Of a DNA stretch of 64,000 nt, positions 1 to 11,116 are shown in pieces. How positions within the stretch are numbered: position 1 is the stretch's first letter; each line of letters starts with the position of its first letter. A model generated the notes under the pieces. It did no database searches. It saw only the letters and a program-made list of their open reading frames with translations, and was not told the origin of the DNA. The DNA is from Mobula hypostoma (lineage: Eukaryota): NCBI RefSeq assembly GCF_963921235.1, contig NC_086108.1, positions 74,960,001-75,024,000 on the forward strand, read 5' to 3'. Both the position numbers and the translations under genes were made by a program.

Positions 1-604
1 AGCTTTCCCACCACAGACGTAAGGCTGACTGGTCTATAATTACCCGGACTATCCCTACTACCTTTTTTGAACAAGGGAACAACATTCGCCTCCCTCCAAT
101 CCTCCGGTACCATTCCCGTGGACAACAAGGACATAAAGATCCTAGCCAGAGGCTCAGCAATCTCTTCTCTCGTCTTGTGGAGCAGCCTGGGGAATATTCC
201 GTTAGGCCCCAGGGACTTATCTGTCCTAATGTATTTTAACAACTCCAACACCTCCTCTCCCTTAATATCAGCATGCTCCAGAACATCAATCTCACTCATA
301 TTGTCCTCATCATCATCAAGTTCCCTCTCATTGGTGAGTACCGAAGAGAAGTATTCATTGAGGACCTCGCTCACTTCCACAGCCTCCAGGCACATCTTCC
401 CACCTTTATCTCTAATCGGTCCTACCTTCACTCCTGTCATCCTTTTTTTCTTTCACATAATTGAAGAATGCCTTGGGGTTTTCCTTTACCCTACTTGCCA
501 AGGCCTTCTCATGCCCTCTTCTTGCTCTTCTCAGCCCCTTCTTAAGCTCCTTTCTTGCTTCCCTATATTCCTCAATAGACCCATCTGATCCTTCTTCCTA
601 AACC

Positions 605-1624
605 TCATGTATGCTGCCTTCTTCCTCCTAGATTTTCCACCTCACTTGTCACCCATGGTTCCTTCACCCTACCATTCTTTATCTTCCTCACCGGGACAAA
701 TTTATCCCTTACATCCCGCAAGAGATCTCTAAACATCGACCACATGTCCATAGTACATTTCCCTGCAAAAACATCATCCCAATTCACACCCGCAAATTCT
801 AGCCTTATAGCCTCATAATTTGCCTTTCCCCAATTAAAAATTTTCCTGTCCTCTTTGATTCTATCCTTTTCCATGATAATTATAAAGGCCAGGGAGCGGT
901 GGTCACTGTCCCCCAGATGCTCACCCACTGAGAGATCTGTGACCTGACCCAGTTCATTACCTAGTACTCTATCTAGTATGGCATTCCCCCTAGTCGGCCT
1001 GTCCACATACTGTGACAGGAATCCATCCTGGACACACTTAACAAATTCTGCCCCATCTAAACCCTTGGAACTAATCAGGTGCCAATCAATATTAGGGAAG
1101 TTAAAGTCACCCATGATAACAACCCTGTTATTTTTGCACCTTTCCAAAATCTGCCTCCCAATCTGCTCCTCTGTATCTCTGCTGCTACCAGGGGGCCTAT
1201 AGAATACCCCCAGTAGAGTAACTGTTCCCTTCCTGTTCCTGACTTCCACCCATATTGACTCAAAAGAGGATCCTGCTACATTACCCACCCTTTCTGTAGC
1301 TGTATTAGTATCCCTGACCAGTAATGCCACCCCTCGTCCCCTTTTTCCGCCCTCTCTATCCCTTTTAAAGCACTGAAATCCAGGAATATTGAGAATCCAT
1401 TCCTGCCCTGGTGCCAGCCAAGTCTTTGTAATGGCCACTACATCATAATTCCATGTATGTATCCAAGTTCTCAGTTCATCACCTTTGTTCCTGATGCTTC
1501 TTGCACTGAGGTACACACATTTCAGCCCTTCTACCTTATTGTCTTTACACTGTTTATTCTGCTTCTCTTTCCTCAAAGCCTCTCTGTATGTTAGATCTGG
1601 CTTTACTCCATGCGCTTCTTTCAC
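605..1624 (-). pseudogene. LINE ORF2 APE-type endonuclease domain, frameshifted downstream
   Basis: YLSARSI, VAITKTWL (usual ETWL Glu changed to Lys), GVFYRPP, GDFNFP, ILDRVL and SDH motifs; the frame breaks near 620. Confidence 0.88.
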
Positions 1625-1659
1625 TGCTCTATCGCTCTGGGTCCCATCCCCCTCGCAAA

Positions 1660-2601
1660 TTAGTTTAAACCGTCCCGAACCATGCTAGCAAACCTACCTG
1701 CAACAATATTGCTCCCCCTTGAGTTCAGGTGCAACCCATCCAATCTGTACAGGTCCCACCTTCCCCAGAAGAGATCCCAATAATCTAAAAATCGAAAACC
1801 CTGCTCCCTGCACCAACTCCTCAGCCACGCATTCAACTGCCATCTCCTCCAATTCTTACAATCACTGTCACATAGCACTGGCAGCAATCCTGAGAACATC
1901 ACCCTTGAGGTCCTGTTCTTCAGCCTTCTGCCTAATTCCCGAAACTCACGCTTCAGGACCTCATCCCTCTTCCTGCCTATGTCGTTGGTCCCAACATGTA
2001 TCACGACTTCTGGATGCTTTCCCTCTCGTACCAGGATGTCGTGCACCCGGTCAGAGACATCCCGGACCCTGGCACCCGGGAGGCAACAAACCATGCGGGT
2101 GTCCTTCTCACGCCCACAAAATCTCCTGTCTGCTCCCCTGACTATAGAGTCTCCAATGACGACAGCTCTCCTCTTCTCCGTCCCACCCTTCTGCACCACA
2201 GGGTCAGACTCAGTGCCGGAGGCCCTGCCACCATGGCTCACACCTGGTCGGTCTTCCCCGCCAACAGTATCCAGGACGGTAAACTTATTATTCAGGGGAA
2301 TGGCTACAGGGGTGCTCTGCACTACCTGTCTGCTCACCTTCGCTTTCACCCCTCTGACTGTCACCCAACGACCTGCTTCTGACAGCCTAGGTGTGACTAC
2401 CTCCCTGTAGCTCTCATCTATGACTGCCTCATTCTCCCTTATGAGTCGAAGGTCATCCAGCTCCTGCTCCAGATTCCTTACACGGTCTTCCAGATCGCCC
2501 AGCCGTATGCACTTCTGGCAGATGTGACTCTGCGGGAGAGGGGAGTTCCCCCAAGACTGCCACATCTCACATGAGAGGCACATCACCGTCTCAGGAGACA
2601 T
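1660..2601 (-). CDS. LINE ORF1p: Cys/His zinc-finger-like N-terminus, coiled coil, SGNH/GDSL esterase domain (313 aa, open)
   Basis: CLSC..HICQKC; LEDRVRNLEQELDDLRL; SGNH blocks VIGDSIVRG, LPGA, HVGTND, DGLHLN. Confidence 0.9.
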   Translation of the reverse strand: MSPETVMCLSCEMWQSWGNSPLPQSHICQKCIRLGDLEDRVRNLEQELDDLRLIRENEAVIDESYREVVTPRLSEAGRWVTVRGVKAKVSRQVVQSTPVAIPLNNKFTVLDTVGGEDRPGVSHGGRASGTESDPVVQKGGTEKRRAVVIGDSIVRGADRRFCGREKDTRMVCCLPGARVRDVSDRVHDILVREGKHPEVVIHVGTNDIGRKRDEVLKREFRELGRRLKNRTSRVMFSGLLPVLCDSDCKNWRRWQLNAWLRSWCREQGFRFLDYWDLFWGRWDLYRLDGLHLNSRGSNIVAGRFASMVRDGLN

Positions 2602-3011
2602 TGTAAAATCTAACTGTGAGCTAGCTTGTCCTCAGCCTCTTCTCGTCGAAGCCTCTCGAGTCAAAGCCTGAAAGCTCCACTCCTGCAAGGCATACTATGA
2701 GAGGTAGATATTCAGAGTCTTTTTTCCTCAGGTACAAATGTCAAATACGAGAGAGCAAAAGTTTAAGGTAAGGGGGAGAAAATTCAGAAGTTGTAAGGCA
2801 GGTTTACTACACAGAGAGGCGATAATGTCTGTAATGTGCTGCCAGGGGAGTTGGAGCAAGCAGCTATGATAGCAATCTCTAATAGGCATTTTGACAGACA
2901 GGAACAGAGGGATATGGAAGTATATGGACAGGTGGGATTCATTTAGACTAACATCATGGTTGGCACAAACAGTGTGGGACAAAGGACCCGTTTTCATGCT
3001 GTGCTGTTCTA

Positions 3012-4754
3012 CGAGGGGTGATTGATAAGTTCGTGGCCTAAGGTAGAAGGAGTCAATTTGAGAAAACCTAGCACATTTATTTTTCAACATAGTCCCCTCC
3101 TATATTTACACACTTAGTCCAGCGGTTGTGGAGCATACAGATCCCTTCTTTGTAGAAGTTGGCGTCTTGGACCTCCAGAAGTGGTCCACAGCAGGGGTGA
3201 TTGATACGTTTGTGGCCTAAGGTAGAAGGAGATGAGTTATTAACTTCATTCTTTCTACATAATCACTCAAAGAGTTGAACTGCATGTGCATGCTGTATCA
3301 CTCATCTCCTTCTACCTTATCAATCACCCCTGCTGTGGGCCACTTCTGGAGGTCCAGGATGCCGACTTCTACAAAGAAGGGATCTAGTCATAGTCATAGT
3401 AGTCACATTCATACTTTATTAATCCCGGGGGAAATTGGTTTTCATTACAGTTGCTCCATAAATAATAAATAGTAATAGAACCATAAATAGTTAAATAGTA
3501 ATATGTAAATTATGCCAGTAAATTATGAAATAAGTCCAGGACCAACCTATTGGCTCAGGATGTCTGACCCTCCAAGGGAGGAGTTGTAAAGTTTGATGGT
3601 CACAGGCAGGAATGACTTCCTATGACGCTCAGTGCTGCATCTTGGTGGAATGAATCTCTGGCTGAATGTACTCCTGTGTCCACCCAGTACATTATGTAGT
3701 GGATGGGAGACATTGACCAAGATGGCATGCAACTTAGACAGCATCCTCTTTTCAGACACCACCGTGAGAGAGTCCAGTTCCACCCCCACAATATCACTGG
3801 CCTTACGAATGAGTTTGTTGATTCTGTTGGTGTCTGCCACCCTCAGCCTGCTGCCCTAGCACACAACAGCCAACATGATAGCACTGGCCACCGCAGACTC
3901 GTAGATCACCCTCAGCATCGTCCGGCAGATGTTAAAGGACCTCAGTCTCCTCAGGAAATAGAGACGGCTCTGACCTTTCTTGTAGACAGCCTCAGTGTTC
4001 TTTGACCAGTCCACTTTATTGTCAATTTGTATCCCCAGGAATTTGTAATCCTCCACCATGTCCACACTGACCCCCTGGATGGAAACAGGGGTCACCGGTA
4101 CCTTAGCTCTCCTCAGGTCTACCACCAGCTCCTTAGTCTTTTTCACATTAAGCTGCAGATAATTCTGCTCACACCATGTGACAAAGTTTCCTACCATAGC
4201 CCTGTACTCAGCCTCATCTCCTTCGCTGATGCATCCAACTATGGCAGAGTCATCCGAAAACTTCTGAAGATGACAAGACTCTGTGCAGTAGTTGAAGTCC
4301 GAGGTGTAAATGGTGAAGAGAAAGGGAGACAAGACAGTCCCCTGTGGAGCCCCAGTGCTGCTGATCACTCTGTCGGACACACAGTGTTGCAAGCACACGT
4401 ACTGTGGTCTGCCAGTCAGGTAATCAAGAATCCATGATACCAGGGAAGCATCCACCTGCATCGCTGTCAGCTTCTCCTCCAGCAGAGCAGGGCGGATGGT
4501 GTTGAACGCATCGAGAAGTCAAAAAACATGACCCTCACAGTGCTCGCTGGCTTGTCCAGGTGGGCGTAGGCACGGTTCAGCAGGAAGACGATGGCATCCT
4601 CAACTCCTAGTCGGGACTGGTAGGCGAACTGGAGGGGATCTGTATGCTCCAAGACCGCTGGACTAAGTGTGTAAATGTAGGAAAAATAAATGTGCTAGGT
4701 TTTCTAAAATTGAATCCTTCTACCTTAGGCCACAAACTTATCAATCACCCCTCG
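3012..4754. mobile_element. Tc1/mariner-type non-autonomous palindromic element (MITE), split by a Rex1 insertion
   Basis: Termini CGAGGGGTGATTGATAAGTT...AACTTATCAATCACCCCTCG with TA on both sides (3010-3011, 4755-4756). The TIR is repeated internally at ~3193-3229. Confidence 0.85.
3386..4634 (-). mobile_element. Rex1/Babar-clade LINE, 5'-truncated, (CTATGA)n tail
   Basis: RT motifs DPLQFAY, GAPQGTVLSPFLF, KFSDDSAIVG and SRLYFLRRLRSF; GGGATCT on both flanks (3379-3385, 4635-4641). Confidence 0.9.
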
Positions 4755-5792
4755 TATGTTCTAATTGACAAGACAGAAATACAAGTAAATTCTCCTCAGA
4801 TGTTATTAATACTCCAATGGATTATTAATTCACTTCTTTGATATAATATAGTAGAAAATAGGCCCCAGTTACTTTCCAAGGAACCTGGTTAAAAAAACAA
4901 GTGAGTTTTAAGAGAGCATGGGGACTCTGGCCCAGTGGGTTTAAAGGGAGAATGGAAACCAGAGCCATGGTGAATCAGAAGTATGCAGGAACCAGAGCCC
5001 CAGTGAGCTGGAAGTCAATGAGGTATAAGGAAGAGTTGGAAGTGGGGTCCTGATGAGATAGGAAGGAGCATGACAAAAATCACCTAATAAGCCAAATGAT
5101 GACCTGCTCGAATTTACAAATAGTGGATTATCAGAATTTTATTGTACTGTAAAATCTGTGGAATCCTAAATTTAATCTGATTAGATGACTACAGCCTGCC
5201 ATAGAAGAACATTTTGATCAAAAATGTCTGGTTCCTAAAACTGTGCAGAAAGCAGCTCTGATGAGAATTGTACCTTCGCAGTTTGATCAGCCTTAACACC
5301 ATGTCTGCAAGTCCCAACAGGATGGCCAGAAGCAATTATTTTCAGACTAATACTTAAGCACTGCATACTTGGAAAAGCAATGGAAGTTTGAGAGTCTTCA
5401 AAAAACTCACTTGAGAAATGGATGATCATTTAGTTATAAGTAAAGAAATATTCAAAACACTCAAATTACAGACAGACAGAAGGATAACAGTGATAGAGCA
5501 CAGAGAAGGGTAACGAAGGTCAGATTTTACTTTCACTCTTTTGTTCAAGCACTGACCATTTTGTATTTCTTGGCAATTTGAATGGTGAAAATTGCAAGAA
5601 GCTGGGTTGTTGTGCATTTGAAGCATGGAGTAAAGTCATATATACAAGACAGTCTGGGATGACAGTGCAGTGGGTTGTGAGAAGGAGAGTTAGAGGTAAA
5701 ACACCATCATCTTCAATGGATCCAGTCAACCACAATTAAGGTCTTTTAGTGTCTTCTCATGAGGGTGATGTGAAACAGGCAAACCTGTTGCC

Positions 5793-5905
5793 CTCTTACT
5801 ATCTCTTCTTTCAGTTAGTCCTGACGAAGGATCTCGGCCCAAAACGTCGACTGTACCTCTTCCTAGAGATGCTGCCTGGCCTGCTGCGTTCACCAGCAGC
5901 TTTTA
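5793..5905 (+). mobile_element. Short Penelope-like 3' fragment with decayed hammerhead ribozyme
   Basis: Matches 56885-56997; TAGTC-CTGACGA-AGGATCTCGGCCC-AAAAC-GTC-GACTG, with GAAA mutated to AAAA. Confidence 0.75.
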
Positions 5906-6275
5906 TGCCCGTTGCCCTATCAGTTTGCTGCTACACTCCTATGATTTCATGTCACCTTATCCAGCAAGAGAGGGGCTAGTAAGGTATTGCTGGACAAAGT
6001 GTGTGGCTGACGTGGCTGCATTGTTAATTAGAAAGCAAGGTGTAGGGTCTGAGTTGAAGGTTTGCTCCTGCACTACATGAAAGGTAGTCAGGGGGATCAT
6101 TTGACTGTCAGGTATGATCCTGGTTAATGATGACTGTTGGTATATGGTGCATTGTCTGAGTCTAGTTAGTGGGATCTGGAACTGAAGATATATTCAGTGA
6201 TCTTGGCCATGGACTAAAACTCTTGACCCACTGTCTCCAGGTCCTGTAGCCTCTTATTCTCCCTTTTCTTTCCAG

Positions 6276-6314
6276 CATTTTTGCACATTTTGTCTGGAGA
6301 ATTTCACGATCTCT
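6276..6314 (+). CDS. Candidate 39-nt internal exon of an unidentified host gene
   Basis: Strong acceptor ctcttattctcccttttctttccag and donor gtaagt in unique sequence. Open in all three frames; one frame reads xFLHILSGEFHDL. Confidence 0.45.
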
Positions 6315-6618
6315 GTAAGTAAGTCTTTTCTAAGCTAACAAGCAACTCCATCATGCAGGCTCTGAAAACCATGTTGGAACCTTTTAGTTCCTTTGTTGTG
6401 TGGTCATTACCTCACTTTCCATTTCAGACCATAATCCACCTTGGCCCTGAGTGACACAAGCAAGCTTTACAAGTGGTGTGAGTCACTCATGCTATTGACC
6501 TTCCAGTCTACAGCATTCATTGACTAGAGTGGACGTGGCAAAACCCTTTATCAGAAGTAAAACATAAAGGTAAATTATGCCCTGTGTCTCCATGGCAATT
6601 TTAGGGGGCTAATAAATC

Positions 6619-6746
6619 ACAAAAATGAGAAAATCTGCAGATGCTGGAAATCCAAATCAATACACACAAAATGCTGGACTCAACAGGTCAGGCTATGGGA
6701 TAGAGTAAACAGTCAATGATTCGGGCCAAAACCCTTCTTCAGACTA
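6619..6746 (-). mobile_element. Degenerate Penelope-like 3' end with hammerhead remnant
   Basis: aaatctgcagatgctggaaatcc...cccttcttcagacta resembles the reverse complement of 12930-13060. Confidence 0.6.
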
Positions 6747-7683
6747 TTGAATTTAGCTTTCTTTACTTCCTTCTCTGTAAAATCTGAGATACAGTGCTTA
6801 ATGAGCAGCTTCACTTTCATGGAGTCCCATCACTTGTCATTTTTGTGGCCTGGACAAATTTGTGGATAAAGAATGCACAAGGCAGTAGGCCTAAGATCTT
6901 GATCCTTGCAGCAGAGGAGCTGCTGATTGAACAGGGAGCCTCTTTGTTCATCTATTCTTAGATTTGACAAGATGGCCCTTCAAGGATCCAAACACCAGGC
7001 CACCAGGGGATCCATCCATGCCAACTTCCAGCCCCCCTTCTAACATTTTATTTGTGCCCAGGAGAATGAACATGTCGTTTCCTCTAGATCACTGGTACCT
7101 TTTGGGGACCAGATGGACTACGTCCTGGACAAGGAAGACAACGTTTCAATTTAAACCTTTCAAAAAAAAAGTTATTTTAATAAAGCTAACTTATTTTAAA
7201 TAGATACCGCAGGGTAATAAGCCATTCCATCCCAAAAAGCTTATGCTGGCCAAATACACCCATGTGACCAATTATCTTCCTAACTCATACTTACTTGGAA
7301 TGTGGAAGGAAATCCACATGGTCATGGGGAAAATGTATAAATTCCTTACAGACAGCGGTGGAATTGGACCTGGGTCGCAGGCACTGCAATAGCATTACGC
7401 TAACTGCTACCATGCAACCTCAATTGACATACAGAATGGCAGGGAAAGGAGGCCTGACAAAAAAACCAAAACAAATTTTTCTCTTCTTAATTCTATCCTT
7501 TTGTTAACTAGACTTTTATTTCTTTTATTTTCATCATCATAATTTGCACTAAAACTTAGTTATATCAATTTGAGGACACTCAAGCTTCCTATAACTAAAA
7601 ACCTATATACAGAATTTAGACACGTGAACTGTTAGTGGTGTTTGCTCATTTTCCTTCTTGCTCTTTGCATTTTCTCTCTGAAG

Positions 7684-7724
7684 TCAAACCCAACACTGGA
7701 AATCCAAGTACAATCTATTTGTAG
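7684..7724 (+). CDS. Candidate terminal coding exon of the same unidentified gene
   Basis: Long polypyrimidine acceptor ttttccttcttgctctttgcattttctctctgaag. Splicing to 6276-6314 gives ...FHDLFKPNTGNPSTIYL*; the frame is uncertain. Confidence 0.4.
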
Positions 7725-9271
7725 TTTCTGAGTTGAATTTTTGCACTTCCACTTCGGAGGAAAACATCCTTAACACCGCAGCAGCCGCAAAATCCAAGAA
7801 GATATGTGCCTTGCCAAAATGAGCTAATTTGTGCAAGGGATGACCTGTCCTTGGCCAGGTTGCATTCTTGGACAATAGTTGTCACAAATGGAGAATACTC
7901 ATTGTAAATGTGCTTTAAAGCAAAAATAACTAAGTATCATTTGCAAATGTAGTTCAGAATATGTTTGAAAATATGTTTTTAAATTTTCAGATTTCTTGGC
8001 CGAGATCACTTCAACATCTTCAAAACTGATTATTGGTTCTGTTAAAGACTTCAAATTGAAATCCCGGTCTCACATGTACCCATTTAAATTTCCCTAAGGG
8101 ATGAACTTGGCTGTACAGCTGGCCTGTAGTGGAAAAGAGAAAAGAAATGGATTCTTTCCCATGTTACTTAAGAATGTCTAGTGGTAGATCAGCTAGGGAC
8201 TGGTATTTATAGTGCAGTTTTCATTGTTTCCATGGCAAAATTTATAGCCACTCTATACCTGGATCCCAGCTGCAGAAAGAAAGAAGAACAGTAACCAAAA
8301 ACATATTTAGAGGGATCTTTAATGTCTGTGAACTTCTGTCATTTTTAGTACTACAATGCACTGTGTCACATGTTTTACCTTGAGAAATTTGAGTTTAAGT
8401 TACATGTTTGTTTCGTGAATTTTATGATATCTTTGCACAATTCCTGAGTTACCAGATTCCTGTATCTCAATAACTTAATTCTGCTCCTGCACAAACACTT
8501 GAGGATGCAAGTTTCCCGCAGCTATGTTTGATCTGGTTAAATGTATGCCATTTGTCATGTCTCAGAAGTCATAGAACCATATAGCAGGGAAACAGGCCAT
8601 TCGGCCCAATTTATCCATATCAACCAGGGGATACCCCTCTGCATTAATGCCATCTCCCAGGACTTGTCCCACAGCATTCTATGACAAGGCAATTCAGATG
8701 CTCATCCAGACACTTCCTAAATGTTGTCAGCAACCCAGCTTCAAGCATTTCCTCAGGCAGTGCATTCCTGGTGCTTACCACTCTGTGGGCGAAGAAGGCA
8801 CCCCACCCCTCATCACTTCTCTCTTACCTTAAATTTACATCTGCCAGTTTTTCTTTCTGATATTTATACCTTTCATAATTGTATTTGCCTCAGTGATGAA
8901 TCCTCTTAAGCTCTACCACACCAAGGAGAAAAGACCACTCTTTTCCAGTCTCTTCTCATTATTGAACTGCTCCATCCTCGACAACATCCTGATGAACTTC
9001 CTCTATCTCTAGTGCTATTGCATCCTTCCTGCACACAGTAATCCAGCCAAAGTCTGACCTAGGTCTTATAAAATTGGAGCATGACCACCCTACTTCTGTA
9101 TTCAATACTCCAACTAATGAAGGTCAGTTTCTGATATGCCTTCCTAACTGCATTAACTACATGTGTTGTCACTTTCAAGGATCGATGGACTTGTACTCCA
9201 AGGCTCCTCTGTTCCTCAAAACCACCATTCATGTTGAATATTCTAGCCTGATTAGTAGTTCTAAAATGTAT

Positions 9272-9964
9272 TGTAGCCCCCTTGCCAACCTCAGGGTCGT
9301 TCGGCTCGCTGTCGTCTAGGGAAACAACCCTCGGCCCCGCCAAAATGGATAATTAGTTTGTGTGGATGCTGTGTGATGTACCCCACCCCACCCAAATAAC
9401 AGACAATACACCAGATACGACTAAATGGTTAACAGTTTATAGATATTACTGGAACTATATAATTAATAGAGAATAAAATATAAAAGAAAAATAAAAGGCG
9501 CCACACTTATCAAAGTTCAATCTCTTCGTGCACAGTTGGAACTCAGGACCCTTCTTCTTCACCCTGCGACCCCTCTGGACCACCTCGACCGGCCGCCTGG
9601 AACCAACAATGGCGGTCGACCAGAAGCTCCACACGAGTCCGTCTCCGTCTCCCCTCCTCGCAGAACGCCCCGCTCGGGGACCGACCCCGTTAGCAGACTC
9701 ACAGCACCTGGTCCATTCTCTGTCTCTCTCTCCCACCTTCTGCCCAAAACCCCACGCATACAAATCTTCCAGATACACCAAAGTCATAACAACTATCCCA
9801 ATTGGTTCGTAACATCCTCTTATCACCCCCTAACCCACAACAAGCTGCAAGCGCAAAGCTTTCTCAGCGTTTAACATAACAAAGAAGCATTCCCGATTAT
9901 AACAAGACAAAGAAGCGATTTTAATTAGCCTCCACAGTAACATAAAAGACAAAACCCCCTTACA
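9272..9964 (-). mobile_element. Solo LTR (~693 bp, probably Gypsy)
   Basis: TGTA...TACA termini; flanks gtat/ttat (imperfect 4-bp TSD); GC-rich core; embedded in CR1 remnants; no protein motif. Confidence 0.7.
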
Positions 9965-10222
9965 TTATCATGGAGCATGAGTAGGCCATCTGTCCTGTCG
10001 AACCTGCTCTGGCATTCAGTAAAATCATGGCTGATCTGGCCATGCTCTCAGTTCCACCTACGTGCCTTTTTTTCCCAGAACTCTCAATTCCCCTACCATG
10101 CAAAAATCTTTTGAACTGTGTCTTAAATATATTTAATGAGCTGGTTTCTACTGCATCTCTGGGCAGTGAATTGCAGCAATCCATTACTCTCTGGGAAAAG
10201 CAGTTTCACTTCATCTCTGTCC

Positions 10223-11031
10223 CAAGTTCAAGTTCAATTATCATTCAACCATACACATGAATACGGCCAAATGAACAGCATTCCTCTGGGATCAAGGTGT
10301 GAAACACAGCACATGTACAGTAGCAAATATAATTATAATAGCAGAGAAACATGCAGACAGACAAAAAAATTTAAAATAATATTTTAATTTGAGTGTCATG
10401 ACCTGCAGGTTAATGGTGGATGGATGTTGTCCCAGATTCATGTTGCTGCAAGAACAGCCCGTAGCAGTTCCCCATTTCGCGCAGTGCAGCTGCAGACAAA
10501 CTCGATCCAGCTTGTCTCCCGCTGAGTGAACACTGGAGGGGCCAGCCTCCGACCCAGCACAGAATCCAGCAGTACACAGCCAGCTCCAGCTCCTCCTTCT
10601 TCGGCAGCAACAACAGGTGACCCCCAAGGCATGAATGAGGGCCTGGTCTATGCCACAACCGAGGCCATGCCATTGATCTCACCAATGAACCATTGAATCA
10701 GACTTGAGGTATTCTACATTACAAATGTCCAACAGGGTCGTGTGATCACAACAAAAACATCCCAGACGATCACCCGCACTGGCCATTGTATCACGCACTG
10801 CCATTGGCGTTTTCCTCCCTGCAAGGCTGATACAAGCTGCAACACGGTGCACAACAAGTCCTGCTCCACTGTTATCCAGCAATTCGCTAGTGGGGTAGGC
10901 CTGCAGTACTCAATGTCCTTGATAATTAACAGTCTCGCAATCATGAAAAAGACATAAAGGACAAACAATCACCACTTTAGTTGGAGCAAGAGAGGCCATT
11001 GCGCCTGAGTGTGTCGCCATCTTACTGGAAG
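10223..11031 (-). mobile_element. Non-coding retroelement with AAGATGGCG head and (TTGAAC)n-like tail
   Basis: Minus-strand 5' end CTTCCAGTAAGATGGCGACAC; the 3' end is shared with the 15765-16590 element. Confidence 0.55.
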
Positions 11032-11116
11032 ATTACTAAATTACTACATCTATTCCCCTGAATCATTAGGTTATGTCCTCTAGTTCTAGTCTCAACTATC
11101 TGGTGGAAACAACTTT

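Larger units (their letters stand above)
1..2690 (-). mobile_element. CR1-clade LINE (esterase-type ORF1 plus ORF2), runs off the left edge
   Basis: ORF1 1660-2601 is followed by an ORF2 endonuclease at 605-1624. ORF2 continues after a frameshift to the RT N-terminal motif NYRPVSLTSVVGK at positions 1-40. Confidence 0.9.

Noticed and set aside
67..588. 173-aa + strand ORF and similar antisense ORFs
   Set aside because: Antisense shadows of LINE ORF2.
4905..5075. Degenerate ~33-bp tandem repeats (ggaaccagagcc..gtgag)
   Set aside because: Decayed minisatellite; no repeat-spacer structure, so not CRISPR-like.
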